Origin: Eledone cirrhosa
Taxonomy: Eukaryota
Direction of reading: 5' to 3'
Assembly (NCBI GenBank): GCA_964016885.1
Contig: OZ024742.1
Coordinates: 17,856,001 to 17,920,000 of the forward strand
Length of the DNA: 64,000 nucleotides
Shown here: one piece after another, positions 26,318 to 39,191 of the stretch
Numbering within the stretch: position 1 is the first letter of the stretch
How the letters are laid out: the number at the start of each line of letters is the position of its first letter
Translations under genes and position numbers: made by a program
The notes under the pieces: generated by a model
What the model was told of the DNA's origin: nothing
Databases searched by the model: none
What the model saw: the letters and a program-made list of their open reading frames with translations, nothing else

Positions 26318-27418
26318 AATTCCATATATGGTCAAAGTGATTGTCAAAAATCAGTAGTAATTCTGTGGTTGCAAATTAGTAGGGGAGATGGTGGCTAAAC
26401 CTGCCAGTAGGAGAAAGAGGGGAGGGGGTGGAGTAGACCCAATCAAGCGTTGGTAGTGCCAGCTACAGCTGGGCATGAGGTCAAAGAAGATACAGGGGAG
26501 GGGGAGGGGGAGGAAGTCGGAACGGTAGGTAGAACAATATATAGGAAAGAAAAAATACTGAGAGTGAAGAAAAGCAAATAAGTGTAAAGAAAAAAGTAAA
26601 GTAAATTAAATTCTACGACCTAGGTCTCTAGCTATTGTTAGGCTAGAATAAATAAATAAAGAAAGAAAGAAAGAAGTAAAGAAAGAAATAAAGAAATAAC
26701 GAAATAAGTAAAAGAACTAGGTGGGACGGATTAGGCAAGGACCCTTTTAAGAGGTATAAGTACGTAAATGATACGGTGACGGGTCAACAAAAGGGGCCAA
26801 AATACTAAAGAGACTACCACGAAATAAACAATAAAGGTTTCCATCCCGGGCACAATGCCAGCAACCACCCAGTGCAGCAAAGTGAACTAGTACGAGATAA
26901 TAATTCTGAGTCCCGAGAAAAATATATACTAATGCTAACTCTAAAAGATCTAAAACAAGCTACATGAAAGTTCGTACGAAGTAAAGGTAGAATACGGAAA
27001 AATAAATTCAGAATCCACCCCGCCCAAAAGAAAAGCGAAGAAAGAAATACTGAAACGAAAAAATAAGGCATAAGTGCCACTAAGAAATATAGAGGGCACA
27101 GAGAATAGTGGGAGCGGTCGGAAAAGGGGGACAAGTATCCGGGGTCTAAACCAACTGCTATAAAGGGCGGAGTCCGCCAAATCTATCATAGACTAGGGGA
27201 GGGGTGGGGGTACTAAGGCTACAAGGGGCCAAAGGGCAGCCTCGGGTGGGCGAGAAAAGACGCCGACAAAGGAGAAGAGCTGGGGTAGAAGGACTAAGGA
27301 GAGAGGGGGGAAGGAAATAAAGGAAGCGATAAAAGAATACAAAGAAGATCTTACGTCTCCCTTGGCAAGCAGGGGTTACCCATTGCAAAATCGGCAAGTG
27401 GGGTGTTATAGCCCTAGT

Positions 27419-29468
27419 CTACCCCCCCCGGTCATTATGGGGTTTGAGGGCGAGGTAAGTCCTACGCAATCTATGTTTACATGCAGTAACCAGTTCATCT
27501 TTCTTGTTTAGGAGTTGGTCCGTCGAAAACAGCATTTTTAAAGTTTCCTCCGAGCATAAATTGCACGGACGGCGTCCTCCCGTGTAAGAATTGGCTCTGG
27601 ACAGTAATCTCCAAGTGAGATCATAGGTGATGTTGTTGTCCTTGAGGTCCCATATGTGGCCCGAAAGTGTAGTGGCGTGACGCCGGGCCGGGTTTCGGAA
27701 GGTATGTCTATGTTGGTATAGCCGGGTCTTGAAGTCACATGCGGTAAGTCCTATATAGGCTTTGTTGGAGGTATCCGTCCTCACGTTGCACTGGTAGATC
27801 ACATTACGGTCTCTGCATCTATTGTCGAGTGGGCAAATAGATCTATCCGGGCAGTTACACCTCCTGGTCGGTTTTCCACTGCTATTTAGGTTATTTCTGC
27901 CATCGGCGTTGAGTTTTTTGTTGTTAGAGGAGACGATGTTTTGTGCGAAGTTTGGTGTAGTGCTGTAAGAGAGTTTGATGGTATTTTTGTTAATTATGTT
28001 GTGGTAGCGGTGTTGTAATGGGAAGTGTTTTTCAATGAGCCTAAAGAATAGTTTCCCGATGGGAGTTGTCACCTCTGCGTTGTGGGGAGGATTGAACCAT
28101 GTTACATTGCGTGAGCGGCGGTGTCTCCTGCTGGTTCCGCTAATGGGAGCTGGACAGTAGGATATTTCCTCCCGGAAACCACTCCGCTTGAGGGCCTGGT
28201 TGTAATAAGGCGCATGTTCATCGAATATCCGCTCATTAGCTGACAAACGGGATATGCGGAGGGAGATGTTTTTGACCAGGTTGTTTGTGATGTTGCTATG
28301 ATGGTTTGATCGGCGGTGGATGTAGTGCAGATTGTCATTAGGTTTCCTGTATGGGTAGTACAGGTCGTTTTCGAGGTCGAGGGTCACGTCCAGGAAGTTT
28401 ACTCGGGTCAGGGACGTTTGTAGGGTTATTTTAAATCCCCAGTCGCGGAAGAATCTGATTAATTGTTTCCGGACCCGATCTGTACTACTGGGGTTGTACC
28501 CTTTAAGGGTAAGGAGCCCATCATCACGGTACAATCCACCACCGAATGCAGGAAACATATCAGTGAGTTTGGCTATTAGGAATAATCCTATAAGATCTGT
28601 GACCTCCGCCGAATCCGTGGCGCCCATGCTGACGTCGAAGGGTGAGTCGGGAGCTCTTTTTATCCATTTAGAGTCGTCAAAGAGTAAGACTGTCTTCCTG
28701 GCGTGGAGGATGATTTTTCTTTCCTGGTCGGTGATGGGCACAAGTGTTTCGGCGAAGTCCAAGGCGGCAGTAAGTAGCGGTAAGGTGATTGAAGCATAGT
28801 AGCTCTCTATGTCGAACTGTATGAATTTAGTTTCTCGTTTATCCTCCATATTGCTGAACCAGGAGATTACTTCCTGGGTGTTGATCCATAGGCTAAGTCG
28901 GGTGTGTTGCTTGACTTTTGGTATCACGCGGTCTAGGATTTTTTTGCTGATTCTCCCTATGTCGGACTTCGTTGGGTTAATAAGCCTGATAGAGGGTTTA
29001 CGGTCAAAATCGGATTTATGGTCCTTCAGTGTGAAGTATGGTGTCCGTGGGTCTAGAGGTTCCGTGCGGTCGGCGACCCCGAGGCTGGAGGTGATTTGTT
29101 GTCCATCTCGATTTATGTCCTCGATGCAAGAGTGGTTGGCCTTTTTATAGGTGGAGTTTAGGCTGCTCCTGATCAGTGTGTGGTATCTGTCAGGGTTGAC
29201 AAAGTATAGGTTCCCAGTTTTATCCGAATGCACCATGATGTCATTTGTGTTATCATACTCTGTTAAGTTGCTACGGAGTTTTTGTAGGAATCGGTTGTGT
29301 CTGGGTTTAAATTTAATGTTCTTGACCAGTTGGAAGAGGTCATTCTCGAAGGGTGCGAGCAAGGGGTTCAGGGGCGGAGATTTGTAGGTAATAAATCCGA
29401 ATCTCTCCTTGGTGCCGAAGTCTTGGTTGTCGCAATATCTGTCATAGAAAAAAGTTCTCCATCTAAGT
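27419..29468 (-). CDS. Penelope RT / GIY-YIG polyprotein (open frame; true N-terminus displaced to + strand 29610-29735)
   Basis: SDKTGNLY, KPSIRLINP, FDIESYY, SMGATDSAEV, LYRDDGL (RT catalytic), NFLDVTLDL, YRKP; CNCPDRSICPLDNRC linker; NVIYQC...YIGLTACDFKTRLYQH (GIY-YIG); CNLCSEE. Confidence 0.93.
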
Positions 29469-30806
29469 ACTTTGGTGCGTTATGGTCCACCTGGTTCCTT
29501 ACCACATTTCCTTCGTTATCTAGCTCCTACTCCCGTAGTAGAGCACTTTCCGACCCTACCACGCCGTATCCAGACTTTTCCGCTAAGCTCAATTCATTTC
29601 ACCCGCACCATGCGAAAACACAACATTGACTTCTCTACCAAGAACATCCCAATCCCACCGAAAAAACTTTACCTTCGAATGCTCACGCAAAAAATCGATC
29701 TATTTGCGAAAAGACTTAGATGGAGAACTTTTTTCCTTTGTCGGCGTCTTTTCTCGCCCATCCGAGGCTGCCCTTTGGCCCCTTGTAGCCTTAGTACCCC
29801 CACCCCTCCCCTAGTATATGATAGATTTGGCGGACTCCGCCCTTTATAGCAGTTGGTTTAGACCCCGGATACTTGTCCCCCTTTTCCGACCGCTCCCACT
29901 ATTCTCTGTGCCCTCTATATTTCTTAGTGGCACTTATGCCTTATTTTTTCGTTTCAGTATTTCTTTCTTCGCTTTTCTTTTGGGCGGGGTGGATTCTGAA
30001 TTTATTTTTCCGTATTCTACCTTTACTTCGTACGAACTTTCATGTAGCTTGTTTTAGATCTTTTAGAGTTAGCATTAGTATATATTTTTCTCAGGACTCA
30101 GAATTATTATCTCGTACTAGTTCACTTTGCTGCACTGGGTGGTTGCTGGCATTGTGCCCGGGATGGAAACCTTTATTGTTTATTTCGTGGTAGTCTCTTT
30201 AGTATTTTGGCCCCTTTTGTTGACCCGTCACCGTATCATTTACGTACTTATACCTCTTAAAAGGGTCCTTGCCTAATCCGTCCCACCTAGTTCTTTTACT
30301 TATTTCGTTATTTCTTTATTTCTTTCTTTACTTCTTTCTTTCTTTCTTTATTTATTTATTCTAGCCTAACAATAGCTAGAGACCTAGGTCGTAGAATTTA
30401 ATTTACTTTACTTTTTTCTTTACACTTATTTGCTTTTCTTCACTCTCAGTATTTTTTCTTTCCTATATATTTCTACCCCCCATTGTTCTACCTACCATTC
30501 CGACTTCCTCCCCCTCCCCCTCCCCTGTATCTTCTTTGACCTCATGCCCAGCTGTAGCTGGCACTACCAACGCTTGATTGGGTCTACTCCACCCCCTCCC
30601 CTCTTTCTCCTACTGGCAGGTTTAGCCACCATCTCCCCTACTAATTTGCAACCACAGAATTACTACTGATTTTTGACAATCACTTTGACCATATATGGAA
30701 TTACCCCTTGAGAAGATCGGCTATTTAAATACCAGGATAAATTTTCATTTAGTCCAGAATTAGCCGTCGAAACGGCTTGAGCTCAGCTGTCGGGGTCTTA
30801 CTGGTT

Positions 30807-30857
<51 letters not shown>

Positions 30858-30862
<5 letters not shown>

Positions 30863-33800
30863 CAGGCTAATGCTTCGGATGTTGGGCTTTCTGTCATTCT
30901 CCCATCATCATACACTGGAGGCCCCCGTTACATGCATGAAAAAATGCAGGATGCTCTGACCTATGTCCGCCATTGTGGCCGTCCTGATCTTTTTATCACC
31001 TTTACATGCAATCCAAAATGGTTTGACATCCAGTCTCATTTACTTCATGGCCAAAATCCTTCACACAGGCATGATATCACATCCAAAGTGTTTCACATGA
31101 AGCTTATAAAAATGATGGATGTTTTAAAATACGGACAACTTTTTGGACCAGTAAGGTGCTTCATGTATACAGTAGAATGGCAGAAGTAGGACTCCCACAT
31201 GCCCATATTCTCCTTTGGCTTCAAAAGAAACTTATGTCAACTGATGTTGATTCCATTATCAGTGCTGAATTGCCAAATCCCCAAGAAGACCCTTCGCTAT
31301 TTCAAATCATAAAAGCCAACATGGTACATGGCCCGTGTGGCCACTTAAATTCAAAATCTGCATGTATGGACAATAGGAGATGTACAAAGCGTTACCCACG
31401 TAAACTCATCAATGAAACCAAAACTGGTGATGATGGCTACCCTTCATACCGTCGTCGAGCACCGCAGGAGGGTGGACATATGGCAAATATAACAATGCTT
31501 GGTGGTCAAGATTTCACTATTGACAACCGATGGGTTGTACCACATAACAAGGTGCTATGTAAAATGTTTTCAGCCCATATTAACGTTGAATTCTGCAACT
31601 CCGTCAAAGCAATCCAATACATCTGCAAGTATGTCCATAAGGGAGCTGATCGAGTAGTTATTGAGTTGGCTAAAAGCGATAACCCTGATGCTGCCACAGA
31701 TGAAGTCACGTGTTTTCAAACTGGACGCTACATCTCTTCTTACGAGGGATTTTGGCGCATATTCGGTTTTCCGATCCATGAACGTGAACCTACAGTTATT
31801 CATCTCAGCGTTCATTTGGAGAATGGTCAACGGGTGTATTTTAACCAAGAAAATATGCTTGACTGTGCAAGACAACCTCGAAGAACGACCCTTACCGGGT
31901 TCTTTGAACTTTGTACTTCAGACTCTTTTGCCAGAACACTTCTTTATGCGGAGTTGCCTACATTCTACACGTGGAATAAATCTTCCGCTGTTGGCAAAGA
32001 AGAAAGCGAGGACGCATTTCACAAAGGGATGCTTTGATGCGTGAGTCTGATGCCCTCTCAAGAGTGTACACAGTTCACCCGCTCAATTCAGAATGTTTTC
32101 ACCTTCGTCTTCTATTGCACGTTATCAAAGGTCCGACTGCCATATTTAGTCAACATTTAAAGAGGCCTGCTCCAAATTAGGTCTTCTCGACAACGATGAC
32201 CACTATGACCACGCCCTCCATGAAGCATCAATGTTGCAGTCACCAATTGCTCTTCGTAAGCTTTTCGCCGTTATGCTGGTATACTGCAGTCTTGGGAATC
32301 CACAGTCTTTCTGGGATAAATATCGTGACAGCATGTGCTTGGACATCCTAATGCAATCTCGCTTTGCGTCCACAGACATGAATTTACAGTTTACACATGA
32401 AATGTACAATTGCGGTCTCATATTTCTAGAAGATATACTTTTGGAAATGACCGGCCATCCCTTGAAGAACTACTATATGGAATCCCCTAAAAGAGAAAAT
32501 GAGGCTGTTTGTAACCGCCACGTACTAAGGGAGACATGCTACAATGCTGCCAGGCTTCTGTCCTACATTCAAAAAAGAGAAAAACTTTTGAATTCTGAAC
32601 AAGCTGATGTCTATACTTTTGTTTTGACCATGCTTGAAGACATAAACGGTGGCATCCTCTTCCTTGATGCGCCAGGTGGCACAAGAAAGACATTTCTACT
32701 AAACCTCCTTCTTGCCAAAGTTCGCCAACATGGACAGATTGCCATTGCAATGGCATCTTCAGGAATAGCAGCAACACTGCTAGACGGCGGCAGAACAGTC
32801 CATTCAACATTTAAGCTTCCCCTTAACATTGGTCATGTTGAAAATCCTACCACTAATGTAAAGAAGAATTCTGATGAGGCTGCTGTCTTTTGAAAATGCA
32901 AAATGATTGTCTGGGATGAGGCGACAATGTCTCACAAGAATGCACTTCATGCAATCAATGCAACGCTACAAGTAACGTTTTACCCAACAGAGGTTTTAAA
33001 CTCACAAGAACCATCGGGAATGCCACCGCATAAACTCTGCCTAAGACTTGGATGTCCCATCATACTCTTAAGAAATTTGGAACCTCCTCGGCTTTGCAAT
33101 GGCACACGCTTGGTTATAACGCAAATGTTGGATGACGTTCTCGAGGCTACAATCATTACTGGAAAAGGCGCTGGTGACTCTGTTTTTATTTCCCGAGTTC
33201 CACTTATTCCAACTGACTGTGTCTTTCCGATGAAAAGAGTTCAATTCCCCATTCGATTAAGTTTGGCAATGGCCATTAACAAAGCCCACGGGCAATCACT
33301 AAAAGTGGTTGATGTGGACCTCAGTACCCCATGTTTTTCACACGGACAACTGTATGTGGGATGTTCAAGAGTTGGAAACTCAGCAAGTCTCTTTTACTAC
33401 CCTCCCGGAAGATTTACAAAAAATGTGGTTTACAAGGCAGCCCTCCAATAGTTTATCCAATGCTGCTTCTACTTCCAATAGCCGTGCTTTAGAGACTGTT
33501 GACCAAAGGGCAACAAGGCTTGCGGCTGATTCTCAACGGAAAATGCGTACTTATGTCTTTCCGAGGGATTCTTCTTGTTACTGGTCTAAGAAAGGTTTTC
33601 AATACAACCCCCAAGAGGACTACGCATCCCATCCACATATCATCATTGGTAGTATGTCAACTGTTTGCGTCCATTGTAATGAAATGAGGTGGCCAGCTGA
33701 ATCTACCGGTATATGTTGCTCCAATGGAACGGTTACATTGCCTTATTTACAAGTCGGTGCCGAACCTTTGAATTCTCTGCTGCTTGGAGACCACCCTGAT

Positions 33801-35124
33801 TCTAAACACTTTTTCAGAAATATAAGAGCCTATAATTCGGCTTTCCAAATGACAAGCTTTGGTCATACAACAATAAAAAGATAGGAATTATATGCCCACA
33901 TTTAAAATGCAAAGCCAAATTTACCATCAAATAGGATCACTTATTCCACAAGATGGCAAAGAACACAGTTTTCTCCAGATCTACTTTATGGGCAACGGAC
34001 CTGAAGAAATTGCACGAAGGGCTTCAGTTGCTAAAGGAACGACACCTTCTCTTCTGCAGCCCCTTCAATATATGCTTCATTCCATAAACCCGTACATCAC
34101 CATTTTCAAAACTGCTTTACAACGTAGAGATGCTAACAACAATCAATACAAGGTTGTCATTCGAAATGACCGCGCCCCACCAGGGCAGCATCAGGGTTGC
34201 TTTAATAGACCCCAAACCGATGAAGTTGCGGTGATTATAACACGTCCTAATCAGAGCGCTTCAAACCGTGATATTGTTATTGAATGGCAGGACTCGCATC
34301 TTCAAAAAATAAATGAACTTCATCCCGCATATGATGCTCTCCAGTATCCATTGCTGTTCCCCTTTGGCGACGATGGCTACCGCATTGATTTGCAAAAGTA
34401 TAATCCTGTAAGTTTAATGCATCTTACACCAGGGAAAACCATTTCACAAATGGAATTTTATGCATTTAGACTGGGGGATATGTCTCTATTTATAAAACAA
34501 ACTTTTTATGCAAAAACGACGTCAACATTCTGCATAGAACACGGATGCTCCTCAATCAATACTGTGTAGACATATTTGCTAAGATTGACACTGAACGCCT
34601 CCAATGGATAAGACATCATCAAAAGGAACTGCGTTCAGAAGAATACGGCAATCTACGTGACGAAATAAACCGAAATGATCAGGCTAATGCTTCGGATGTT
34701 GGGCTTTCTGTCATTCTCCCATCATCATACACTGGAGGCCCCCGTTACATGCATGAAAAAATGCAGGATGCTCTGACCTATGTCCGCTATTGTGGCCGTC
34801 CTGATCTTTTTATCACCTCTACATGCAATCCAAAATGGTTTGACATCCAGTCTCATTTACTGTTTGTCTTTCGGTTATTAATAAAAAAAATTACACATTG
34901 TTCAACCGACACGGCTAACGATACATTTCTGTATGTTCACATTTTAATGACACATATCTGTAAATAAAACTTGCTCTTTTTGAATACCGTCACATTTTTT
35001 TTTATTGAAAGAGTTGATCAGGTAAAATTATCCTCCAAGTTAAACATACAACACGGAAATTGACCATTGACATTGCAGCCCTACCAAGAACTGACACCGT
35101 CCAATGGACGGGGGTCATTTGCTA

Positions 35125-35125
<1 letters not shown>
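30858..35125 (+). mobile_element. Helitron (RepHel) remnant, circularly permuted, with canonical 3' terminus
   Basis: Rep motifs PDLFITFTCNPKW, VEWQK/GLPHAHILLW (HUH), YICKYVHKG; PIF1 motifs DAPGGTRKTFL, WDEATM, QFPIRLSLAMAINKAHGQSL; N-terminal CVHC...CCSNG and IRAYNSAFQMTSFG lie after the helicase stop. Hairpin CCGTCC-AAT-GGACGG (35097-35111) then CTAG|T. Confidence 0.93.
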
Positions 35126-35156
<31 letters not shown>

Positions 35157-35159
<3 letters not shown>

Positions 35160-35468
35160 TAGAAGGGGTATTTAATTTGTTGGAAATCCGACAAATATAA
35201 ATATAAATGTTTATAACTGATTTAGAGCACTCCACAAGTTCCTGGAGTAAATATTCAATGATATTAAATAAATGGAAACTATATTTATAAAACCACCAGA
35301 GAATATCCAACCGATAAGGTATTATTTTGGGGGATATGTCTCTATTTATAAAACAAACTTTGTATTTTATCTGAAGAAAGCGTACCAAAGTCTTTTGGTA
35401 CCCTTGAAATGTATATAATAAAATAAATATGGTTTTATAAATATAGTTTCCATTTATTTAATATCATT
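35157..35468 (+). mobile_element. Non-coding pLTR-like element with hammerhead motif at 35363-35425
   Basis: TATTTTAT-CTGAAGA-AAGCGTACCAAAG..TTTTGGTACCCTT-GAAA-TGTATA-TA-ATAAAATA. Confidence 0.72.
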
Positions 35469-35580
35469 CTGAGTTCAAATCCCGCCGAGGTTAACTTTGC
35501 CTTTCATCCTTATGGAGTCGATAAAATAAAGTACCAGTAATACACTGGGTAATTGCTGGCCTTGTGCCAAAAGTAGAAAC

Positions 35581-35618
<38 letters not shown>

Positions 35619-35619
35619 G

Positions 35620-35835
35620 AAGGCGTGTGGCTGAGTGGTTAGAGAATTGGATTCGCAATCGTAAGGTTGTGAGTTCGATTCCTGGACCAGGCGATGCGTT
35701 ATGTCCTTGGGCAAGACACTTTATTTCACGTTGCTCCTTCTACCTGGAGTTGCGACCGATAGATAGTATTAGCAATTGGAAAGACCAACGGAAACACTGT
35801 TCCCTCGGTCCGATTTGACGAAAGTCGATCGTCTC
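35620..35835 (+). mobile_element. tRNA-derived CORE-like SINE family 2 (second copy ~45905-46110)
   Basis: A box TGGCTGAGTGG, B box GAGTTCGATTCC, GTCCTTGGGCAAGACACTT. Confidence 0.82.
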
Positions 35836-35856
35836 CTATATATATATATATATATA

Positions 35857-36292
35857 ACTAGAAGTTGTATTTAATTTGTTGGAAGTCCGACAAACATAAA
35901 TGTTTATAACTGATTTAGGGCACTCTACAGTTACTGGAGTAAATATTCAATGATATTAAATAAATGGAAACTATATTTATAAAACCATATTTATTTTATT
36001 ATATATATCTCAAGGGTAACCAAGACAACATTGGTACGCTTTCATCAGATAAACTACAAAGTTTGTTTTATGAATAGAGACATACCCATGAAAATAATAC
36101 CTTATCGGTTGGAAATTCACTCAGTGAATTTCCAACCGATAAGGTATGATTTTCATGGGTATGTCTCTATTCATAAAACAAACTTTGTAGTTTATCTGAT
36201 GAAAGCGTACCAATGTTGTCTTGGTTACCCTTGAGATATATATAATAAAATAAATATGGTTTTATAAATATAGTTTCCATTTATTTAATATC

Positions 36293-36295
<3 letters not shown>
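35857..36295. repeat. Same family as 35157-35468, containing a near-perfect palindrome 35949-36295 with two hammerhead remnants
   Basis: Centre TTGGAAATTCAC-TCA-GTGAATTTCCAA at ~36121; CTGATGA...GAGA (GAAA mutated). Confidence 0.8.
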
Positions 36296-36345
<50 letters not shown>

Positions 36346-36473
36346 GCGTTTAACTATAAATGCACATAAATATATATTTGTTTAAAAACACAATATGTAT
36401 GTGTGTGTGTGCATATATGTGTGTGTATGTATGTGTATGTGTACGTGTTTGTGTTTGTGTGTATATATGTGTG

Positions 36474-36522
<49 letters not shown>

Positions 36523-36537
36523 GTGTGTGCATGTGTT

Positions 36538-36612
<75 letters not shown>

Positions 36613-37076
36613 ATGTATATGTGTATGTGTATGTGTATGTGTTTATGTGTATATATATCTGCGTGTATGCATGTGTACGCGTAATATGTTTGTGTGTGTG
36701 TATATATATATATATATGTGTGTGTGTGTGCGTGCGTGTGTGTATGTATGTGTTTACGTACGTGTTTGTGTGTGTATATGTCTGTGTGTATCTTTGTATA
36801 TATATATATATGTGTGTTTGTATATATATATATATATATATGTGCGTATGTATGCGTGTGTATATATATGTGTGTTTGTGTGTATATATATATGTGTGTA
36901 TGTATGTGTATATATATTTGTGTGTATGTATATGTATGTGTTTTCGTACGTATTTCTGTGTGTATATATCTGTGCGTATGTATGTGTATATATATATATA
37001 TGTGTGTGTATATGTATGTGTTTACGTACGTATCTGTGTATGTATATATCTGTGCGTATGTATGTGTATATATATA

Positions 37077-37115
<39 letters not shown>

Positions 37116-37123
37116 GTGTGTGT
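36295..37123. repeat. (TA)n/(TG)n compound microsatellite
   Basis: Read directly. Confidence 0.95.
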
Positions 37124-37299
37124 TTAAAGGTTGTTGTCATTCTTTTCACGCTTCAAAGTCAGCCATACTTCTGTTATATACCTACAGGATTTCTACATGA
37201 GTGACTTCAGAAGATCATATTGATTTACTGCTTGTTGGAAAAGCTGTCAGGATTTTACGTTTCCTAATGGATGATATTCTCTTTAAATAATAATAATAA

Positions 37300-37600
37300 T
37301 AATAATTGTTTCTACTTTTTGCACAAGGCCAGCGATTACTCCACTATATCACTGGTACTTTATTTTATCGACCCCGTAAGGATGAAAGGCAAAGTGAACC
37401 TCGACGGGATTTGAACTCAGACCATAAAGGGCAATAATAATAATAATGGGTTATACTAAGTAAGGCACAAGGCCAGCAATTTAAAGGGAGGGGAAAGTAA
37501 AGTTAACTTCGGCGGGATTTGAACTCAGAACGTAAAAGATCGTAACTCTATGCCATAAAACATGTTGTCCGACACTCTACCGATACTAGTAATCCACTGC
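37300..37600 (-). mobile_element. Two adjacent family-1 SINE copies
   Basis: Reverse SINE body occurs twice. Confidence 0.75.
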
Positions 37601-38670
37601 CCAGCGCTTCTCCACGAATATCGCCGCACTTGCCCACCACTAATCCTCTATAGAACACTAGAGTGGAATTTCCACAGGCCGCATTGCTCGATCGATTGGG
37701 AGAGGGCTGTGAGCGTCTGACAGTATTCCAGATGCCACGCTTCACTCTCGGTCTTCGCTTGACACACGACTGCGATTCAGTCAGAGGATGTTGTATGGAA
37801 AGACCTGTCTCACAAACAGTGACCCACGTGTTCACCTTTTAAGAATACCGGGATATGCCGTAGCCTCAGTGCATGTTTGTGCATCCTCAGCCACAGCATG
37901 TCCAGTCATCCGAGTAGTGTGTGTAGTCCACAGCATGTCCAGTCATCCGGGTAGTGTGTGTAGTCCACAGCATGTCCAGTCATCCGAGTAGTGTGTGTAG
38001 TCCACAGCATGTCCAGTCATCCGGGTAGTGTGTGTTAGCAGCAGATGGACCACCTCGCCTGTGACACCTGTCCCTTCCTCAAAAATTTAAAGGGCAGGCG
38101 ATCCAATCTAGAGAAATGTGGGCCGGGGTAACGCACAACGGTCAAGCGGTAATAGATGATGGATACGATGTAGGCGTTTACGATCTCCACCCGACCTTTC
38201 AGGGATACCTTTCTCTCGACCGCTTTCTGGGTGTGAGTGGCCACCCTGTTCGTTACTTCGTCCCAGATCTTATCCACCAGGAGGTCAAGATTAAACCAAA
38301 CTATACCCGTCTATCTATCCAGCGTCCGACGACCCTGTTGAACGGCATGGATTTCTCTCTTCAGGTGCCGTTCTGTAAACCGACCGTAATTCTACTGCTC
38401 TTATCGACTTTTCGCAGGACTCCGCACCAGTGTCGAGGCCTGCCATTGAAGTAGAAACCATCTCCGACTCCCCCCCCCCCCCCCCCGAACAGTCGTACAA
38501 AGTGCTGCTGAGAAGCCGCACTCATCTGCCTGGAATCAAGCAGCACGTGCCTGTTACGATTTGTCAAAGACCTAACGGTGGCTTTATTGCCCCTCTACCA
38601 TCGAACAGCTTTCGATCCACCGTTTCTTAGAGGACACGCCTTAGCTCTGACAATGCAGCCTTCACAGCTA
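37600..38670 (-). pseudogene. Highly degraded Tx1 ORF2 fragment containing a 37-bp x ~4 tandem repeat (37891-38034)
   Basis: WDEVTNRV...SLKGRVEIVNAYIVSIIYYRLTVV matches Tx1 copies A and B; repeat unit CCACAGCATGTCCAGTCATCCGRGTAGTGTGTGTAGT. Confidence 0.8.
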
Positions 38671-39191
38671 GCGGTGGACTTTATGTTGAGGGTGCCCACG
38701 GCGTAAAGAAGCTCCCCGTAATGTTTATATATTTTTCCTGGGACATGTTTGTGGCTCTTTAACTGTGCTAGTGCCGAAATCTCCGCCTGTATTTCTCAAT
38801 ATCTTTATTTCATGCTATGAGGGCCATCAATGCTTCGTTATTCTTTCTCATTAGCACGAAGTTTGGTGTTTATGCTGCTGTGTGTGTTTTTGCTTTGTGG
38901 GTTATGTTGGCAGTGCTGTTAGTGGTAGGGTTGGTTGTGTTGGCAGTTGTCGTATGGGTGAGGTGAAGTTGTAGTAGATGTGACTGCATTTGTTGTGGGA
39001 GTGGTTTCTGTATTTTCTGGTGGGTGTTTTGGTTTGAGGCAAGATTTTTGTTTTTTGTTTTATCTTTGTTGTTTCAGGGGAGGGTTTCGGGGTTCCCTCA
39101 TCTTCACATAGAGATGAGGACGTACCGGTGTCTGCAGAATCAGTCTCGGATATGAGTGTGAGTATGTTTGTGTGAGTGTCTATGTGTTTGT

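Larger units (their letters stand above)
26128..30811 (-). mobile_element. Penelope-like element with inverted pLTR and rearranged 5' end, between (TA)n tracts
   Basis: RT + GIY-YIG ORF; arms 26209-27272 and 29735-30811 are near-identical inverted repeats. Confidence 0.93.

Noticed and set aside
26814-27397. Hydrophobic ORFs in the pLTR and its inverted copy
   Set aside because: T-rich UTR sequence with no coding signature.
35620-35695. Functional tRNA gene
   Set aside because: A and B boxes run into a CORE-like SINE body, the sequence is repeated elsewhere, and there is no clean cloverleaf or terminator.
36360-37204. YIYI/CVCV ORFs (also at 52-57 kb and 62-64 kb)
   Set aside because: Dinucleotide repeats that lack stop codons.
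37891-38034. 37-bp repeat as a CRISPR array
   Set aside because: No spacers; a simple tandem duplication inside a Tx1 remnant in eukaryotic DNA.
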